Shown: positions 26,432 through 36,831, counted from the stretch's first letter. The stretch: DNA of 64,000 bases from Gordonibacter sp. (GCA_034932485.1 JAYFOQ010000014.1:33467-97466), one strand, 5' to 3'. Numbers and translations are program-made. Notes: generated by a model from the letters alone, not told the origin.

Positions 26432-28384
26432 ATGGCTAAAGACACACTTATACTGGGTAGGTACCGTCCCATTGCAGAGGCTGGCGCGGGCGGTTTTGGC
26501 ACTGTTCAGGTGGCATGGGACACTCGTATTCAGCGCAAGGTTGCCATCAAGTGTATTGAGTTGGACGAAGTGGATGCTGCGCGTGCGGCTCTGCCCGGTG
26601 CAAATGCGGTAGAACTTCCGTCGTATGATCAGGTAGATTGGGATGACGTCCCTCCTTGGGAAGATGTTCCTAATATTTCCGATATTCCCGAATTCAATAA
26701 CCCCTTCCGTCCCGAAGGCGATTTACCCCTCATGCGATCGCTTGCACATCTGCCCGGCTTAGACGAGGCACGTACGGCCGCCATGCTTACCGACTCAAAC
26801 ATTGTTACCGTGTACGACTTTGAAGTGCAGGGACAAACTGCCTACTTAATCATGGAATATATCGAGGGCATTACCCTGTCGAGGCTATTGCGTGACTATG
26901 CCGATTATTTAACGCTGGATATGGTGGCAGCGGTATTTTCGTCGGTGGCGCATGCGCTTGAGGTAGCTCACGAAAACCAGGTGCTTCACTTGGACATTAA
27001 GCCCGATAATGTGCTGATCAACCGCCAGGGACAAGTGAAGGTGACCGATTTTGGTTTGGCAACACTTGCGGATGCCTCTGGTTTTGGCGCCGCAGGAGGC
27101 GGTACTATCGGCTATATGCCACTAGAACAGATGCGGGGCGAAAGCCTTGACGCACGCTGTGACGAATGGGCTTTAGCTGCGGTTACCTACGAGATGCTCG
27201 CGGGGCAGAACCCCTTTCTCGCATTGGATCTCGATCGAGCTGAAGCGGCCATTGAGAATGCGGAACTAGTGCTTCCGTCGCTCTGCTGGGATGAGCTAGA
27301 TTCGGCTGCCGATGATGTGGTGTTTTATGCTCTCGACCCCGATCGAGAGCAGCGCTATGAGAGTGTTACCGACTTTTCTGAGGAGATGGAGAAGTTTCTC
27401 GGTGAAGCAAAACGTGGACATCGTGAGCTGGCCGTTATTGTGGGGGATGCCCAGGGCGACGATGACGACGACGAGGAGGCAGCCGAGGATGTTGCAACCT
27501 TTCGTGCTCCTCGTGTTCCTTTACGAGAGCGCTTCACCCCGCGTCAGGTGGTCATTGCTTGTCGTATCTTGAGCGCGGGCGGATGCGCCCTGATTGCATT
27601 TGTCTCCTTAGCTAATTTGCCTCAAATTGGTGATTTTATTGGTTCGGGTGCGCCGCTGTTCTGGGGGCTGTTTTCGCTTATTGTGCTGGCAGGTGCACTC
27701 AAGCCCCATCTTGGCGCGCTGCTAGCCTACATCAGCCTTGCCGCAGCTTTCCTTGCTCAAGGCGCACCCGCGGCAGGCGTTGTGCTGTTGGTTATAACGG
27801 CAATATGGTGGTATTTTGTTGGTCGTACAGGCAATGCGGAGGCAATAGCCTCGCTGGTTGTACCCCTTGCGGGCTCAGTGGGCGGTAATCAGCTTATGCC
27901 TCTTTCATCGGGCTTTTTTCTTACTCCTGCGAAAGCGTTGGGTACGACAGCATTTTCGTTGGCAGTGGCTGTGCTTTTATCCGCGTTGGGATCGGGGAAC
28001 CTTCTTGGCTGGGACGTTCTGGCGCATTGGAATTTTATGAATACTGATGTGCAGTTGAATATTGGGCTTTTACTGACGCAACCCGCCACCTGGTGTATGG
28101 CTGCAAGTTGGTTGCTATCTGCGGGATTGTTAGCGGTTTGTCGGTTGCGTGCAACGCGCCTCTTTGATTGGTTGGGTGTTGCTCTCTCGTCTGCTATTCT
28201 TGCGTTGGGGGTGTGTGCCACAGCCTGGTTCGCTTCCGATCAGACTACGTGGATGCCCTCGCTCGCAGCCATTATTTCTACGATTCTAGCTATCGCTTGT
28301 CTTTTTGTTGCTACGTGGTTGTGCCTTCCTATGTTAGATAGCGACAAGTGGCTTGGAGAAGAAGCTTGTGAAGATGGCTTGTAG
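26432..28384 (+). CDS. Hanks-type Ser/Thr kinase with a polytopic membrane C-terminus
   Basis: GAGGFG, VAIK, HLDIKPDN, DFG, GTIGYMPLEQ; many hydrophobic segments after the kinase; SD GGAAGG before ATG 26432. Confidence 0.92.
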   Translation: MAKDTLILGRYRPIAEAGAGGFGTVQVAWDTRIQRKVAIKCIELDEVDAARAALPGANAVELPSYDQVDWDDVPPWEDVPNISDIPEFNNPFRPEGDLPLMRSLAHLPGLDEARTAAMLTDSNIVTVYDFEVQGQTAYLIMEYIEGITLSRLLRDYADYLTLDMVAAVFSSVAHALEVAHENQVLHLDIKPDNVLINRQGQVKVTDFGLATLADASGFGAAGGGTIGYMPLEQMRGESLDARCDEWALAAVTYEMLAGQNPFLALDLDRAEAAIENAELVLPSLCWDELDSAADDVVFYALDPDREQRYESVTDFSEEMEKFLGEAKRGHRELAVIVGDAQGDDDDDEEAAEDVATFRAPRVPLRERFTPRQVVIACRILSAGGCALIAFVSLANLPQIGDFIGSGAPLFWGLFSLIVLAGALKPHLGALLAYISLAAAFLAQGAPAAGVVLLVITAIWWYFVGRTGNAEAIASLVVPLAGSVGGNQLMPLSSGFFLTPAKALGTTAFSLAVAVLLSALGSGNLLGWDVLAHWNFMNTDVQLNIGLLLTQPATWCMAASWLLSAGLLAVCRLRATRLFDWLGVALSSAILALGVCATAWFASDQTTWMPSLAAIISTILAIACLFVATWLCLPMLDSDKWLGEEACEDGL

Positions 28385-28415
28385 GGCATTGAGAGATAAT
28401 CGCTGCCAGATAATG

Positions 28416-28465
28416 ACACTTACAACGAGAAGGGCAGCTTTTGCTGCCCTTCTCGTTGTAAGTGT
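28416..28465. repeat. 23-bp perfect inverted repeat with a 4-nt loop (bidirectional terminator candidate)
   Basis: ACACTTACAACGAGAAGGGCAGC-TTTT-GCTGCCCTTCTCGTTGTAAGTGT between convergent genes. Confidence 0.9.
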
Positions 28466-28537
28466 TTAAGCGAAGGCTTAAAACGAACCACTCATTTACC
28501 GTAGCATTCTTTGATCACGCAAAAAAATGCTACTAGG

Positions 28538-29410
28538 CTATGCGAGTAAGTTGCACACCTTACCCAGTAGCGGCTCGAAGCTCACGCCGCGATCACGGAA
28601 CTCGGGCTGCTTGGCGGATACTATCATTGCGTCGTGTACAAAATCGCCAGCGAATGCTGCAGCCTCTTGCAGTGAGCGTTCCGCCATAACGGCCGCCAGC
28701 AAACAGGAGCAGTACACATCGCCGGTACCATGCAGCATATAAGGTAAGTACTCATTGCTCACTTCAACCGTATCGCAGTTTGCGCCGCCTACAAAGTTAC
28801 GGATGCATGTTTCACCCTCGCGCTGAATACCCTTTAGTACCACGTTCTTTGCGCCCTTTGCCACGAGGGCATTGATAATACGATCCGCTTCTTCGTCGGA
28901 AAGGTCAGTTCCCTGCCATTCTTCACCCAGAATAATTGCTGCCTCGGTCAGGTTTGGTGTGAGAATATCGGCACCGCATGCCAATTCCGCCATGGCCTCG
29001 CAGAGCTCCGGTGTGTAAGTGGGGTATATTTTGCCATGATCGGCCATGACGGGGTCTACCACGCGCAACGCATTTGGGTACATGGCGTATAGGTCACGAA
29101 TGCGGTCTACCTGTTCAGGCGCGCCGAGAAACCCAGAATACACGGCATCAATCTCAACGCCAATCTTTTTCCAAGCGGCCAAATAGTCGCTCAGCATCTC
29201 GGTTGTGTCATGCATGTACCAGCCAGGAAACGCAGTATGCGACGAGAAGAGCCCCGTCGGTAAGGGGCAAACATCACAGCCCGCTGCCGACAGCACAGGA
29301 ATAGCAACACCGAGTGAGCATTTTCCATAACCACATAAGTCATGTACGGCCGCCACGCGAGGAATGTAGGCGCCATCACGCCGGTAAAGATAGAGAGAAG
29401 ATTCGCTCAT
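28538..29410 (-). CDS. pdxK: Pyridoxal/pyridoxamine kinase (PfkB superfamily)
   Basis: HDLCGYGKCSL, SSHT, YSGFLG, VDPVMADHG, TPNLTEA, GTGDVY. Confidence 0.9.
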   Translation of the reverse strand: MSESSLYLYRRDGAYIPRVAAVHDLCGYGKCSLGVAIPVLSAAGCDVCPLPTGLFSSHTAFPGWYMHDTTEMLSDYLAAWKKIGVEIDAVYSGFLGAPEQVDRIRDLYAMYPNALRVVDPVMADHGKIYPTYTPELCEAMAELACGADILTPNLTEAAIILGEEWQGTDLSDEEADRIINALVAKGAKNVVLKGIQREGETCIRNFVGGANCDTVEVSNEYLPYMLHGTGDVYCSCLLAAVMAERSLQEAAAFAGDFVHDAMIVSAKQPEFRDRGVSFEPLLGKVCNLLA

Positions 29411-29542
29411 CAAGTGCCCTTTCTTTGAAAGAAGATAAACCGCCGATTAAACGGATATGGTACGTCGAAGATGGGCGGCAATACGTAGTGTTGCCGAATC
29501 GCAACCAACGAAAGGGGTCGCGACTATCTAAAAAAGACCTGT

Positions 29543-29737
29543 TTACTTATTGTCATCTTCTTCATCATCAAAGAAGGACCAGTCATCTTCGGTCTTCTCA
29601 TGATTAGAGAATTGTTTGCGAGTTCGACGCTCCATGATAATGCAGGCAATAAGGCTTATCACCAGGCATATCCCGACTAAAACGCCAATGCCGGCGAAGG
29701 TTTCGAACAGGAAATGATATATGCTTCCGAAGTCCAT
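29543..29737 (-). CDS. Small single-pass membrane protein with an acidic tail
   Basis: 64 aa; one TM segment followed by ERRTRKQF and DDWSFFDDEEDD. Confidence 0.75.
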   Translation of the reverse strand: MDFGSIYHFLFETFAGIGVLVGICLVISLIACIIMERRTRKQFSNHEKTEDDWSFFDDEEDDNK

Positions 29738-29883
29738 AGCAGTCTTCTTATCCTATCTGCGCGCAGGCCTACAAACACCCGACGCATCCAATTTTCATTT
29801 CTCGGTAGAGTATACTATGCCCATGCATACTCGAGGTACTATTGAATGGAGATTCCTTCATATACGTTGAATGAAAGGATCGG

Positions 29884-32724
29884 GTGGGCATGCGCCCTGA
29901 AAAACGGTTCAAAGATGGTAGACACCTTACCTTCTATGTCGTTGCCGTTCTCATCGTGTTAGCGGTAGTGGGGGTGTCTTTTGCCCTCATGGGCTATATC
30001 GATCATAAGCTGCGGCAGGGTGCCGAGCAGCAGGTGATCACGTTTACGCAGCAGGCTGCAAGTAGTGTGTCTGATAAGATTTCCAATGCGCAGAATGCTG
30101 TCTGGGCCTTTGAGGTGCAAACAGCCGATCCTGCTACCCTCGTTTCTTCTCTAAAAGGCTTACGCGATCGCTTTGGTCTTGCAGCTGCAGCTTTTGTAGG
30201 CATGGATGGGGTTGGACTGGATGCCGATGGTAATCCTTTCTCTGTTGCCAGCCTTGGTCATGAGGAAACGGCGCTCTCTCAGGGGATCGCATCTTTCTCC
30301 CAAACTCTAGTTTTTGAAGACGGTCGAAGTGGCCGGTTTGCTCAGCGGCCACTATTTATTGGAGATCAGCAAGTAGGCGCGCTGTACGTGCAGGTTCCTT
30401 TTGATTTATTTGCTATGGAGCAACAGCTCGACATGTTTGATGGGCGCGGCTACTTCCTACTGTTTGAGGGTTCGTCAGGAGAGATATTGGTTCCGCCTTC
30501 TGAGGAAACAACAACTCCCCTTAGTGGAAATGAAACTCTTTATAGCTTTTTGCAAGATGCGTCAGATGTAGAGGTGCCACCGGGCCAAAATGTTATCGAT
30601 AGCCCGCTTGCGCTTGTAAGCGACACGAACGGAAATGGCATAGATTCTTTAGAGGAGGCTGTTGCCTCTGGTCAGACGGGATTTATTATTAGTCCCGTAG
30701 ACGGAAAAGCATGCTATGTATGCGTGGTTCCTGTTGATCAGGGTGGTTGGTATGTGTGCAATGTTATACCCGTAGAAAACGTACGTGCCGAGTCGGCGGT
30801 GGTGTTGACTGCATTTCGGGTGGTGTTTGGCATTGTAATTATCTGCTTTGTTTCGGTCGTTGTCCTCATGTTCTCGACCTATCGCAAACGTATACGCGAG
30901 AACAACTTAACGTCAAAAACGCGCTTATATAAAGCGTTCTCAGAAAGCCTTGATTTGGCAGTAAGCCTATATTGTCCCTCTGATGCTACGATTGTGCCCA
31001 TTGTTGCAAAGGTTGCGAATATCATGGGTTACACGTTTCCGGAAATAATGTCTGATTATACGCTCGTTGAAAAACTGCGTCTTTCGAAAGAAGGCACGGT
31101 GTTGTTTGATCGGCTTCGTGCCGGCGAAGTATCTGAGCTTATCCAAGGAGAATTTTCTGTTACTCATGCAAAAGCAGGCGAACAACGTTGGGTTTCATAT
31201 TCTGCAAGTCCGTTATTCTACGAGGGAAAACAGCGTATTTTAGTAGTTTTTCGCGACGTAACTCAAGAAAAGAAGTTGCAGTTATCCATGAAAGACGCAA
31301 TGATTGCTGCTGAAGTTGCAAACAAGGCGAAATCAGAGTTTCTCTCGCGTATGAGCCACGAGATTCGCACGCCCATGAATGCTATTATCGGTATGTTGCA
31401 AATTGCGTTATTGCACATTGGTGACCTGCAAAAGACCCGAGAAAGCCTGAAAAAAATTGGGGCGTCTTCGAATCATTTACTGAATCTTATAAACGATGTG
31501 CTGGATATATCGAAGATCGAAAGTGGAAAAACCGTGCTCAACAGCGAGCCGTTCCGCTTGAATGACCTTGTGGAACACGCGGTCGATTTCATAATGCCTC
31601 AGTGCGAGCAGAAGCGTCAGATTTTGGAAGTGAAACTGCCCGAGAAGGATGAGGTATTTGTGGCTGATGCAGTGCGCTTACGTCAGCTTCTTGTCAATCT
31701 ACTTTCTAATGCCGTGAAATACACACCCGAAGGTGGGCATATACGTCTGGCGGTTGCATTGTGCGCTGATACGGTGGCTGCTTACCGCTGCATTACCTTC
31801 ACGGTGTCTGACGACGGTATCGGTATGGCAGAAGAATTTAAGGACAGGTTGTTCGAACCGTTTGTTATGGAAGGACGCTCGAATGCCCAAGGTACGGGCC
31901 TTGGCATGCCTATTGTAAAGAATATCATTACCATGATGGGTGGAGACATCCATGTGGATACTGCCTTGAATAAAGGCACGACTTTCATTGTGGTACTCAA
32001 TTTACGCGTTGCTTTCGATCCTGAGCGTCGCGCGTTGGAGGAGTCGGAGATTGTTGGAACCGCCTGGGACCGCTCGCTTGATGTGTCGGGTCGGTCTGCC
32101 GATAAGCCATCTTCCCGCATTGATGAGGTGCATATCGACGACCAGCGAAGCGCAGAGAAACCCGTGCCTGAGCCTGAGGAAGTTGTTGCGAGTTCGAAGC
32201 CAGCCCTCCAGGAAGAATCTGCGGTAGTGCCGGCGCTTGAAGGCTTACGTGTGCTACTGGCAGAAGATAACGATCTGAATGCTGAGATAGCCTGCGAGCT
32301 TCTTCAAGAGGCAGGATTGGTGGTCGATTGGGCGGAAAACGGCCAGGTTGTTCTGCAGAAGTTCGACGATTCGCCAAATGGCTTCTACGATGTGGTGTTA
32401 ATGGACGTACAGATGCCGCTTATGGATGGCTACGAAGCTACGCGTCGTATTCGTACGCTTGATCGTTGCGACGCGCAAACTGTTCCCATTATTGCTATGT
32501 CGGCTAATGCGTTTTCCGAAGACATACATGCATCGCTTGAGAGCGGAATGAACGCACACCTCTCCAAGCCTATCGACATGCGTAGAGTTCTCGAAGCAAT
32601 TGCAACCCACACTCGTCGAAGCCGTGAGGGTGCAGCCTGTAAGAGTGGATGTTGCGCTGCAGGTATCACTTGTGATGCTGGCAAGACCACAACAATCAAG
32701 TCTCACACCCCTAGTGAGGATTAG
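29884..32724 (+). CDS. Hybrid sensor histidine kinase/response regulator (TM-sensor-TM, PAS-like, HisKA, HATPase, REC)
   Basis: FLSRMSHEIRTPMN H-box, NLLSNAVKYT, DDGIG, GTGLG, LLAEDN, LMDVQMP, AMSANAF, KP. Confidence 0.93.
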   Translation: MGMRPEKRFKDGRHLTFYVVAVLIVLAVVGVSFALMGYIDHKLRQGAEQQVITFTQQAASSVSDKISNAQNAVWAFEVQTADPATLVSSLKGLRDRFGLAAAAFVGMDGVGLDADGNPFSVASLGHEETALSQGIASFSQTLVFEDGRSGRFAQRPLFIGDQQVGALYVQVPFDLFAMEQQLDMFDGRGYFLLFEGSSGEILVPPSEETTTPLSGNETLYSFLQDASDVEVPPGQNVIDSPLALVSDTNGNGIDSLEEAVASGQTGFIISPVDGKACYVCVVPVDQGGWYVCNVIPVENVRAESAVVLTAFRVVFGIVIICFVSVVVLMFSTYRKRIRENNLTSKTRLYKAFSESLDLAVSLYCPSDATIVPIVAKVANIMGYTFPEIMSDYTLVEKLRLSKEGTVLFDRLRAGEVSELIQGEFSVTHAKAGEQRWVSYSASPLFYEGKQRILVVFRDVTQEKKLQLSMKDAMIAAEVANKAKSEFLSRMSHEIRTPMNAIIGMLQIALLHIGDLQKTRESLKKIGASSNHLLNLINDVLDISKIESGKTVLNSEPFRLNDLVEHAVDFIMPQCEQKRQILEVKLPEKDEVFVADAVRLRQLLVNLLSNAVKYTPEGGHIRLAVALCADTVAAYRCITFTVSDDGIGMAEEFKDRLFEPFVMEGRSNAQGTGLGMPIVKNIITMMGGDIHVDTALNKGTTFIVVLNLRVAFDPERRALEESEIVGTAWDRSLDVSGRSADKPSSRIDEVHIDDQRSAEKPVPEPEEVVASSKPALQEESAVVPALEGLRVLLAEDNDLNAEIACELLQEAGLVVDWAENGQVVLQKFDDSPNGFYDVVLMDVQMPLMDGYEATRRIRTLDRCDAQTVPIIAMSANAFSEDIHASLESGMNAHLSKPIDMRRVLEAIATHTRRSREGAACKSGCCAAGITCDAGKTTTIKSHTPSED

Positions 32725-32841
32725 TTCGTTCGGTGAGCCCTTTGGTCGAACCCATGCCGTCGCCGTGAAGGAACAGCGAGGTCTGGCATGCGTGCGCTAT
32801 ACTGACATCAACACGAACTACGAGCAAAAAGGAGCGCCACC

Positions 32842-34131
32842 ATGCTAGACCTTCGCTTCGTCCGCGAAAACCAGGAAGCAGTCGCCGAGGCCATGCAGAA
32901 CCGTCATGCCTCATGGGATGCTGAGCGCTTTTCTCGGCTAGACGAGACGCGTCGTGCGGCTATAGCGCAGGAGGAGGCGCTGCAGGCAGAGCGCAACGCG
33001 GCATCGAAGTCTATTGGCGCCATGATGGCTGCCGGAGAAAAGGACGATGCTGAAGCAGCTAAGGAACGCGTACGCACCATCAATGATGATATTGCCGCTA
33101 TTGCTGCAGAACGCGAAGCGGCTGATAGTGCTTTGCGCGAAATTCTTCTGAGTACGCCCAATATGCCTGCCGATAGCACGCCGATTGGCGCCAGTGAAGA
33201 CGATAATCCTGAGGTGCGTCGTTGGGGTGCTCCGCGCGACTTTGTTGCGGAAGGCGTGGAAATGAAGCCGCATTGGGATTTGGGCTCCGATTTAGGCATT
33301 ATCGATTTTGAGCGTGCGGTGAAGCTGGCTGCCAGCCGCTTCATTTTGTTGGGAGGCCTAGGAGCGCGTTTGGAGCGTGCGCTTATCAACTTCATGGCAG
33401 ATACACATGCATCGCGCGGTTACAAAGAGTGGTGGTGTCCGGCTATGGCTAATGCCGAGACCCTCACGGGCACAGGTCAGCTGCCGAAGTTTGAGGAAGA
33501 TCTATTTCATACTACGGAGGGTCTGTACCTTATTCCTACCGCGGAGGTGCAGCTTACTAATATCCATGCAGGCGAAGTGCTTGAAGCCGATCGACTGCCG
33601 TTGAAATACTGCGCATTCACTCCTTGCTTTCGCGAAGAAGCGGGTAGCGCGGGTCGTGACACGCGTGGCCTTATTCGCGTGCACCAATTTGACAAGGTTG
33701 AGATGGTGAAATTTGCCAAACCTGAAGAGAGCTTTGACGACCTTGAAGCTATGGTGGTCGATGCTGAGAATATTTTGCAACTATTGGGTCTTCCCTACCG
33801 CGTGATAAGCCTGTGCACGGGCGACATTGGATTCTCTGCTGCCAAGACGTATGATCTCGAGGTCTGGCTTCCATCTTACAATGGCTACAAGGAAATCTCG
33901 TCGTGTTCGAATTGCGTTGATTTCCAAGCGCGTCGCGCGAACATTAAATACCGCGATCCGGCCAACTTTAAGGGTTCACGCTATGTGCATACGTTAAATG
34001 GCTCTGGTTTGGCAGTGGGTCGTACTATGGCTGCCGTTATCGAAAACTACCAACAGGCCGATGGCACCATCAAGGTGCCCGATGTGCTGGTTCCCTATAT
34101 GGGCGGCATCGAAATTATTGCGCCGGAATAA
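32842..34131 (+). CDS. serS: Serine--tRNA ligase
   Basis: [57 protein letters not shown]. Confidence 0.98.
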   Translation: MLDLRFVRENQEAVAEAMQNRHASWDAERFSRLDETRRAAIAQEEALQAERNAASKSIGAMMAAGEKDDAEAAKERVRTINDDIAAIAAEREAADSALREILLSTPNMPADSTPIGASEDDNPEVRRWGAPRDFVAEGVEMKPHWDLGSDLGIIDFERAVKLAASRFILLGGLGARLERALINFMADTHASRGYKEWWCPAMANAETLTGTGQLPKFEEDLFHTTEGLYLIPTAEVQLTNIHAGEVLEADRLPLKYCAFTPCFREEAGSAGRDTRGLIRVHQFDKVEMVKFAKPEESFDDLEAMVVDAENILQLLGLPYRVISLCTGDIGFSAAKTYDLEVWLPSYNGYKEISSCSNCVDFQARRANIKYRDPANFKGSRYVHTLNGSGLAVGRTMAAVIENYQQADGTIKVPDVLVPYMGGIEIIAPE

Positions 34132-35139
34132 GTGCGCGACAAACAGAAACGCAGGGCGTACGTGGCAACGAAGCGTAATCCGAAACAAGAAGCCAAGGCT
34201 GCCGCCGAAAAGGCATTAGCAACCGCTGCTAAAAAGAAGGCTGCCGCCGATAAAAAGGCTGTAGCTGCGGAAAAAAAGGCTGTAGCTGCGAAGCGGAAAA
34301 CCGCCAACGCAAAAGAAAAAGCGGTTTCAAGGGTAAAGCCTCCTGCTTCCGTGCGCATGCCGGAAAAAAAAGATGTTGAAGTAACGACTTCAGCAGACAA
34401 TAAGGTTTCTCGGCAGAAAGCCTCCAAGCCAGCGAAGCGCGGCCGCTGGCTTCTTTGGGTGATCTTGTCGCTTGTTGCGATGCTGGTTATTGCGGCTGCT
34501 GGGTTTTCGTGGGATCGGTGGTTGCGCTACGACGATGCGGCAGACTTTCAAGGAGAATGGTTTATCGCCGACTCTACGAAGGCAGTCCTTATCGATAAAT
34601 CGGCTATCAATCTGACTGATGACGTGGCGTTTTTGTATCAGATTGATCCTGTTGCCAAAACTATCTCGTTTTCGTTCGGCAATAAAGAGAATGTCGGTCG
34701 CTATCACTTTTCTTCCGATCGAAAGCAGCTGATTATTGTCGAGGGTAGTTCGTACACCACCTTATCCACTCTTTTTGAGGATATAGCTTTGGTGTGGGAA
34801 AACCTCGTGCGTGGGGTGCGCGGCGAGCAGCCCGTTCAACCCGAGGCTGGCAATGGTGTGACGGTGTTTCAGCGAGAGAAGGCCATCGTACCTGCGTCCA
34901 CCGCTGACGTTTCCCCTAACAAGACTCCCGCATCCGATGCTTCTGCGGCAGGTGAGTCTTCTGCGGCATTATCGAGTGGCGAGAGTGCTGCGGGGGGTGC
35001 CTCGTCCGACACTGCTGCCGAAGAAAAAGAAAAGGTTGCCGAGCCAAATAAGACGACCGATCAAAACACGGCTGCTGAACAAAAGCCTGATTCGTCTTCT
35101 CTTCCCGATACCCTGTTTGACAATGTTGTGGATCAATAA
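34132..35139 (+). CDS. Hypothetical bitopic protein: Lys/Ala-rich basic N-terminus, one TM, external beta-rich domain, Ser/Ala/Glu-rich tail
   Basis: Starts immediately after the serS stop; KKAxAA[ED] repeats; TM LLWVILSLVAMLVIAAAGF. Confidence 0.8.
   Translation: MRDKQKRRAYVATKRNPKQEAKAAAEKALATAAKKKAAADKKAVAAEKKAVAAKRKTANAKEKAVSRVKPPASVRMPEKKDVEVTTSADNKVSRQKASKPAKRGRWLLWVILSLVAMLVIAAAGFSWDRWLRYDDAADFQGEWFIADSTKAVLIDKSAINLTDDVAFLYQIDPVAKTISFSFGNKENVGRYHFSSDRKQLIIVEGSSYTTLSTLFEDIALVWENLVRGVRGEQPVQPEAGNGVTVFQREKAIVPASTADVSPNKTPASDASAAGESSAALSSGESAAGGASSDTAAEEKEKVAEPNKTTDQNTAAEQKPDSSSLPDTLFDNVVDQ
34252..34290 (+). repeat. 21-nt-period tandem repeat encoding KKAVAA(E)
   Basis: AAAAAGGCTGTAGCTGCG at 34252 and 34273. 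Confidence 0.85.
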
Positions 35140-35585
35140 TGGCTCTGGTAAACGAGCGCATTACCGTAATGGACGATCGCATATCGTGCGTAGTGGTTCT
35201 TGCGCCGGACACGCCGCACTACACTACCCCTAGCCTGATCGCGCACATCATGGCACTATTTCCTCAACTGCCGCGGCATGCGTGCGTGAATGAGGCGGGA
35301 GATACGTTCGGCGTCGTTATGAATCATACGGCGCTACCGCATTTGTTAGAGCATATGGTAATCGACTTACAAACGCGTGCTGAACCCTTTGATTCTGACA
35401 GTACGTTTGTGGGTACAACGGTCTGGATAGACGAGGCAGCCGGTCGCGCACGTATCGAAGTGAGTTTCACCGACGATTTGGTCGCTTTGCGGGCTTTTCG
35501 CGATGCCACCCACTTTCTGAATGAGGCGGTGGTACTCTATGGTAATGACTTCAGCTCACCTCACATTCGACCAGACGAGCGATAA
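35139..35585 (+). CDS. Stand-alone cyanophycin synthetase N-domain-like protein (putative metallohydrolase)
   Basis: FPQLPRHAC (HxC) and HLLEHMVIDLQ (HxxEH...LQ) match the CphA1 N-domain pattern; coupled to the upstream gene by TAATG. Confidence 0.72.
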   Translation: MALVNERITVMDDRISCVVVLAPDTPHYTTPSLIAHIMALFPQLPRHACVNEAGDTFGVVMNHTALPHLLEHMVIDLQTRAEPFDSDSTFVGTTVWIDEAAGRARIEVSFTDDLVALRAFRDATHFLNEAVVLYGNDFSSPHIRPDER

Positions 35586-36810
35586 AATCGCCGAACGCGT
35601 TGTCAAGATGCGTTCGTCAGCCGTGCGCGATTTGTTTGCAGCAGCTTCTCGTCCGGACATTATTTCGCTTTCAGGCGGTATGCCTGACGTATCACTGCTT
35701 CCTCATTCTGCTATTCGCACTGCTTCGCGCGCTGCGTGTGATGACGAGCGGGCTGCGGCTTTGCAGTATGGATCAACCGATGGTCGCGTGCAGACGAAAA
35801 AGGTATTTTGCGACCTCATGCGCGATATAGGTGTGCGTGCTAAGCCCGAGAATGTGATGATTACCACTGGCGCTCAAGAGGCGCTTGACCTTATAGCGAA
35901 AACTTTCATCAATCCTGGTGATATTATTTTGGCAGAGGGTCCTACCTACTTGGGGGCGTTGCAAGCATTTTCCGCCTACGAGCCCGATGTGCGCTGCATA
36001 TCCTTCGATAACGAAGGTATGCGTATGGATTTGCTGGAAGAAGAACTACGGCGCATTGGTAAGGGAAATCCGCGCTTAAAATTCCTTTACACTATTCCAA
36101 ATTTTCAAAACCCTGGGGGCGTGACCATGGTGCCCGCAAGGCGCAAGCGGCTTTTAGAGTTAGCTCGCGAATATGACTTCATGGTGGTGGAGGACGATCC
36201 GTACGGTCGACTTCGCTATGACGGTGGTCACGTATTGCCATTGAAGGCGCTTTCTGACGATGTTATTTATTTAGGTACGGTTTCGAAAGTGTTCGCACCA
36301 GGTTTGCGCACCGGCTGGATTGTGGCGCCGAAGAGTGTGTTGGCTAAGGTTAATTTGGTAAAGCAGGGTACCGACTTGTGCGGTAGTGCGTTTAATCAAG
36401 TGGTTGTTGAGCACTACTTTAAGGATACTCCGTGGCAGAAAACACTACAGAAATTTATTGAAACGTATCACATTCGTCGCGACGCCATGTTGGCTGCGTT
36501 GGATGAATATTTTCCACCCGAGGCAACATGGACTCATCCCGAGGGTGGGTTCTTCGTTTGGGTAACGCTGCCCTCATATGTTGACACGGGTTCAATGCTC
36601 GCTGAGGCTTTAGAGCGCGGAGTAACGTACACTCCGGGTGATGGCTTTTATCCAGGTGCTTGTGCGGGACAGAATTGCATGCGCATTGCTTTTTGTTTCG
36701 AGAGCCCCGAAAATATTACTGAAGCTGTGAAACGTCTGGCGGCTGTTATAGAGGATCGTCTGGAGCTCTATCGAGCATTTCTTGAAGCGGGAGCCATCAA
36801 GCCCGAGTAA
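35545..36810 (+). CDS. PLP-dependent aminotransferase class I/II (LysN/MocR-like subfamily)
   Basis: SLSGGMP, LQYG, EGPTYLGA, YTIPNFQNPGG, EDDPY, GTVSKVFAPGLRTGW; ATG 35545 lies 6 nt after extended -10 TGGTACTCT. Confidence 0.93.
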   Translation: MTSAHLTFDQTSDKIAERVVKMRSSAVRDLFAAASRPDIISLSGGMPDVSLLPHSAIRTASRAACDDERAAALQYGSTDGRVQTKKVFCDLMRDIGVRAKPENVMITTGAQEALDLIAKTFINPGDIILAEGPTYLGALQAFSAYEPDVRCISFDNEGMRMDLLEEELRRIGKGNPRLKFLYTIPNFQNPGGVTMVPARRKRLLELAREYDFMVVEDDPYGRLRYDGGHVLPLKALSDDVIYLGTVSKVFAPGLRTGWIVAPKSVLAKVNLVKQGTDLCGSAFNQVVVEHYFKDTPWQKTLQKFIETYHIRRDAMLAALDEYFPPEATWTHPEGGFFVWVTLPSYVDTGSMLAEALERGVTYTPGDGFYPGACAGQNCMRIAFCFESPENITEAVKRLAAVIEDRLELYRAFLEAGAIKPE

Positions 36811-36831
36811 CACCCAAGAAGGAGCAGGATT

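Noticed and set aside
32725-32841. T-box upstream of serS
   Set aside because: The region is too short, lacks the T-box motif, and has a -10 (TATACT) close to the SD
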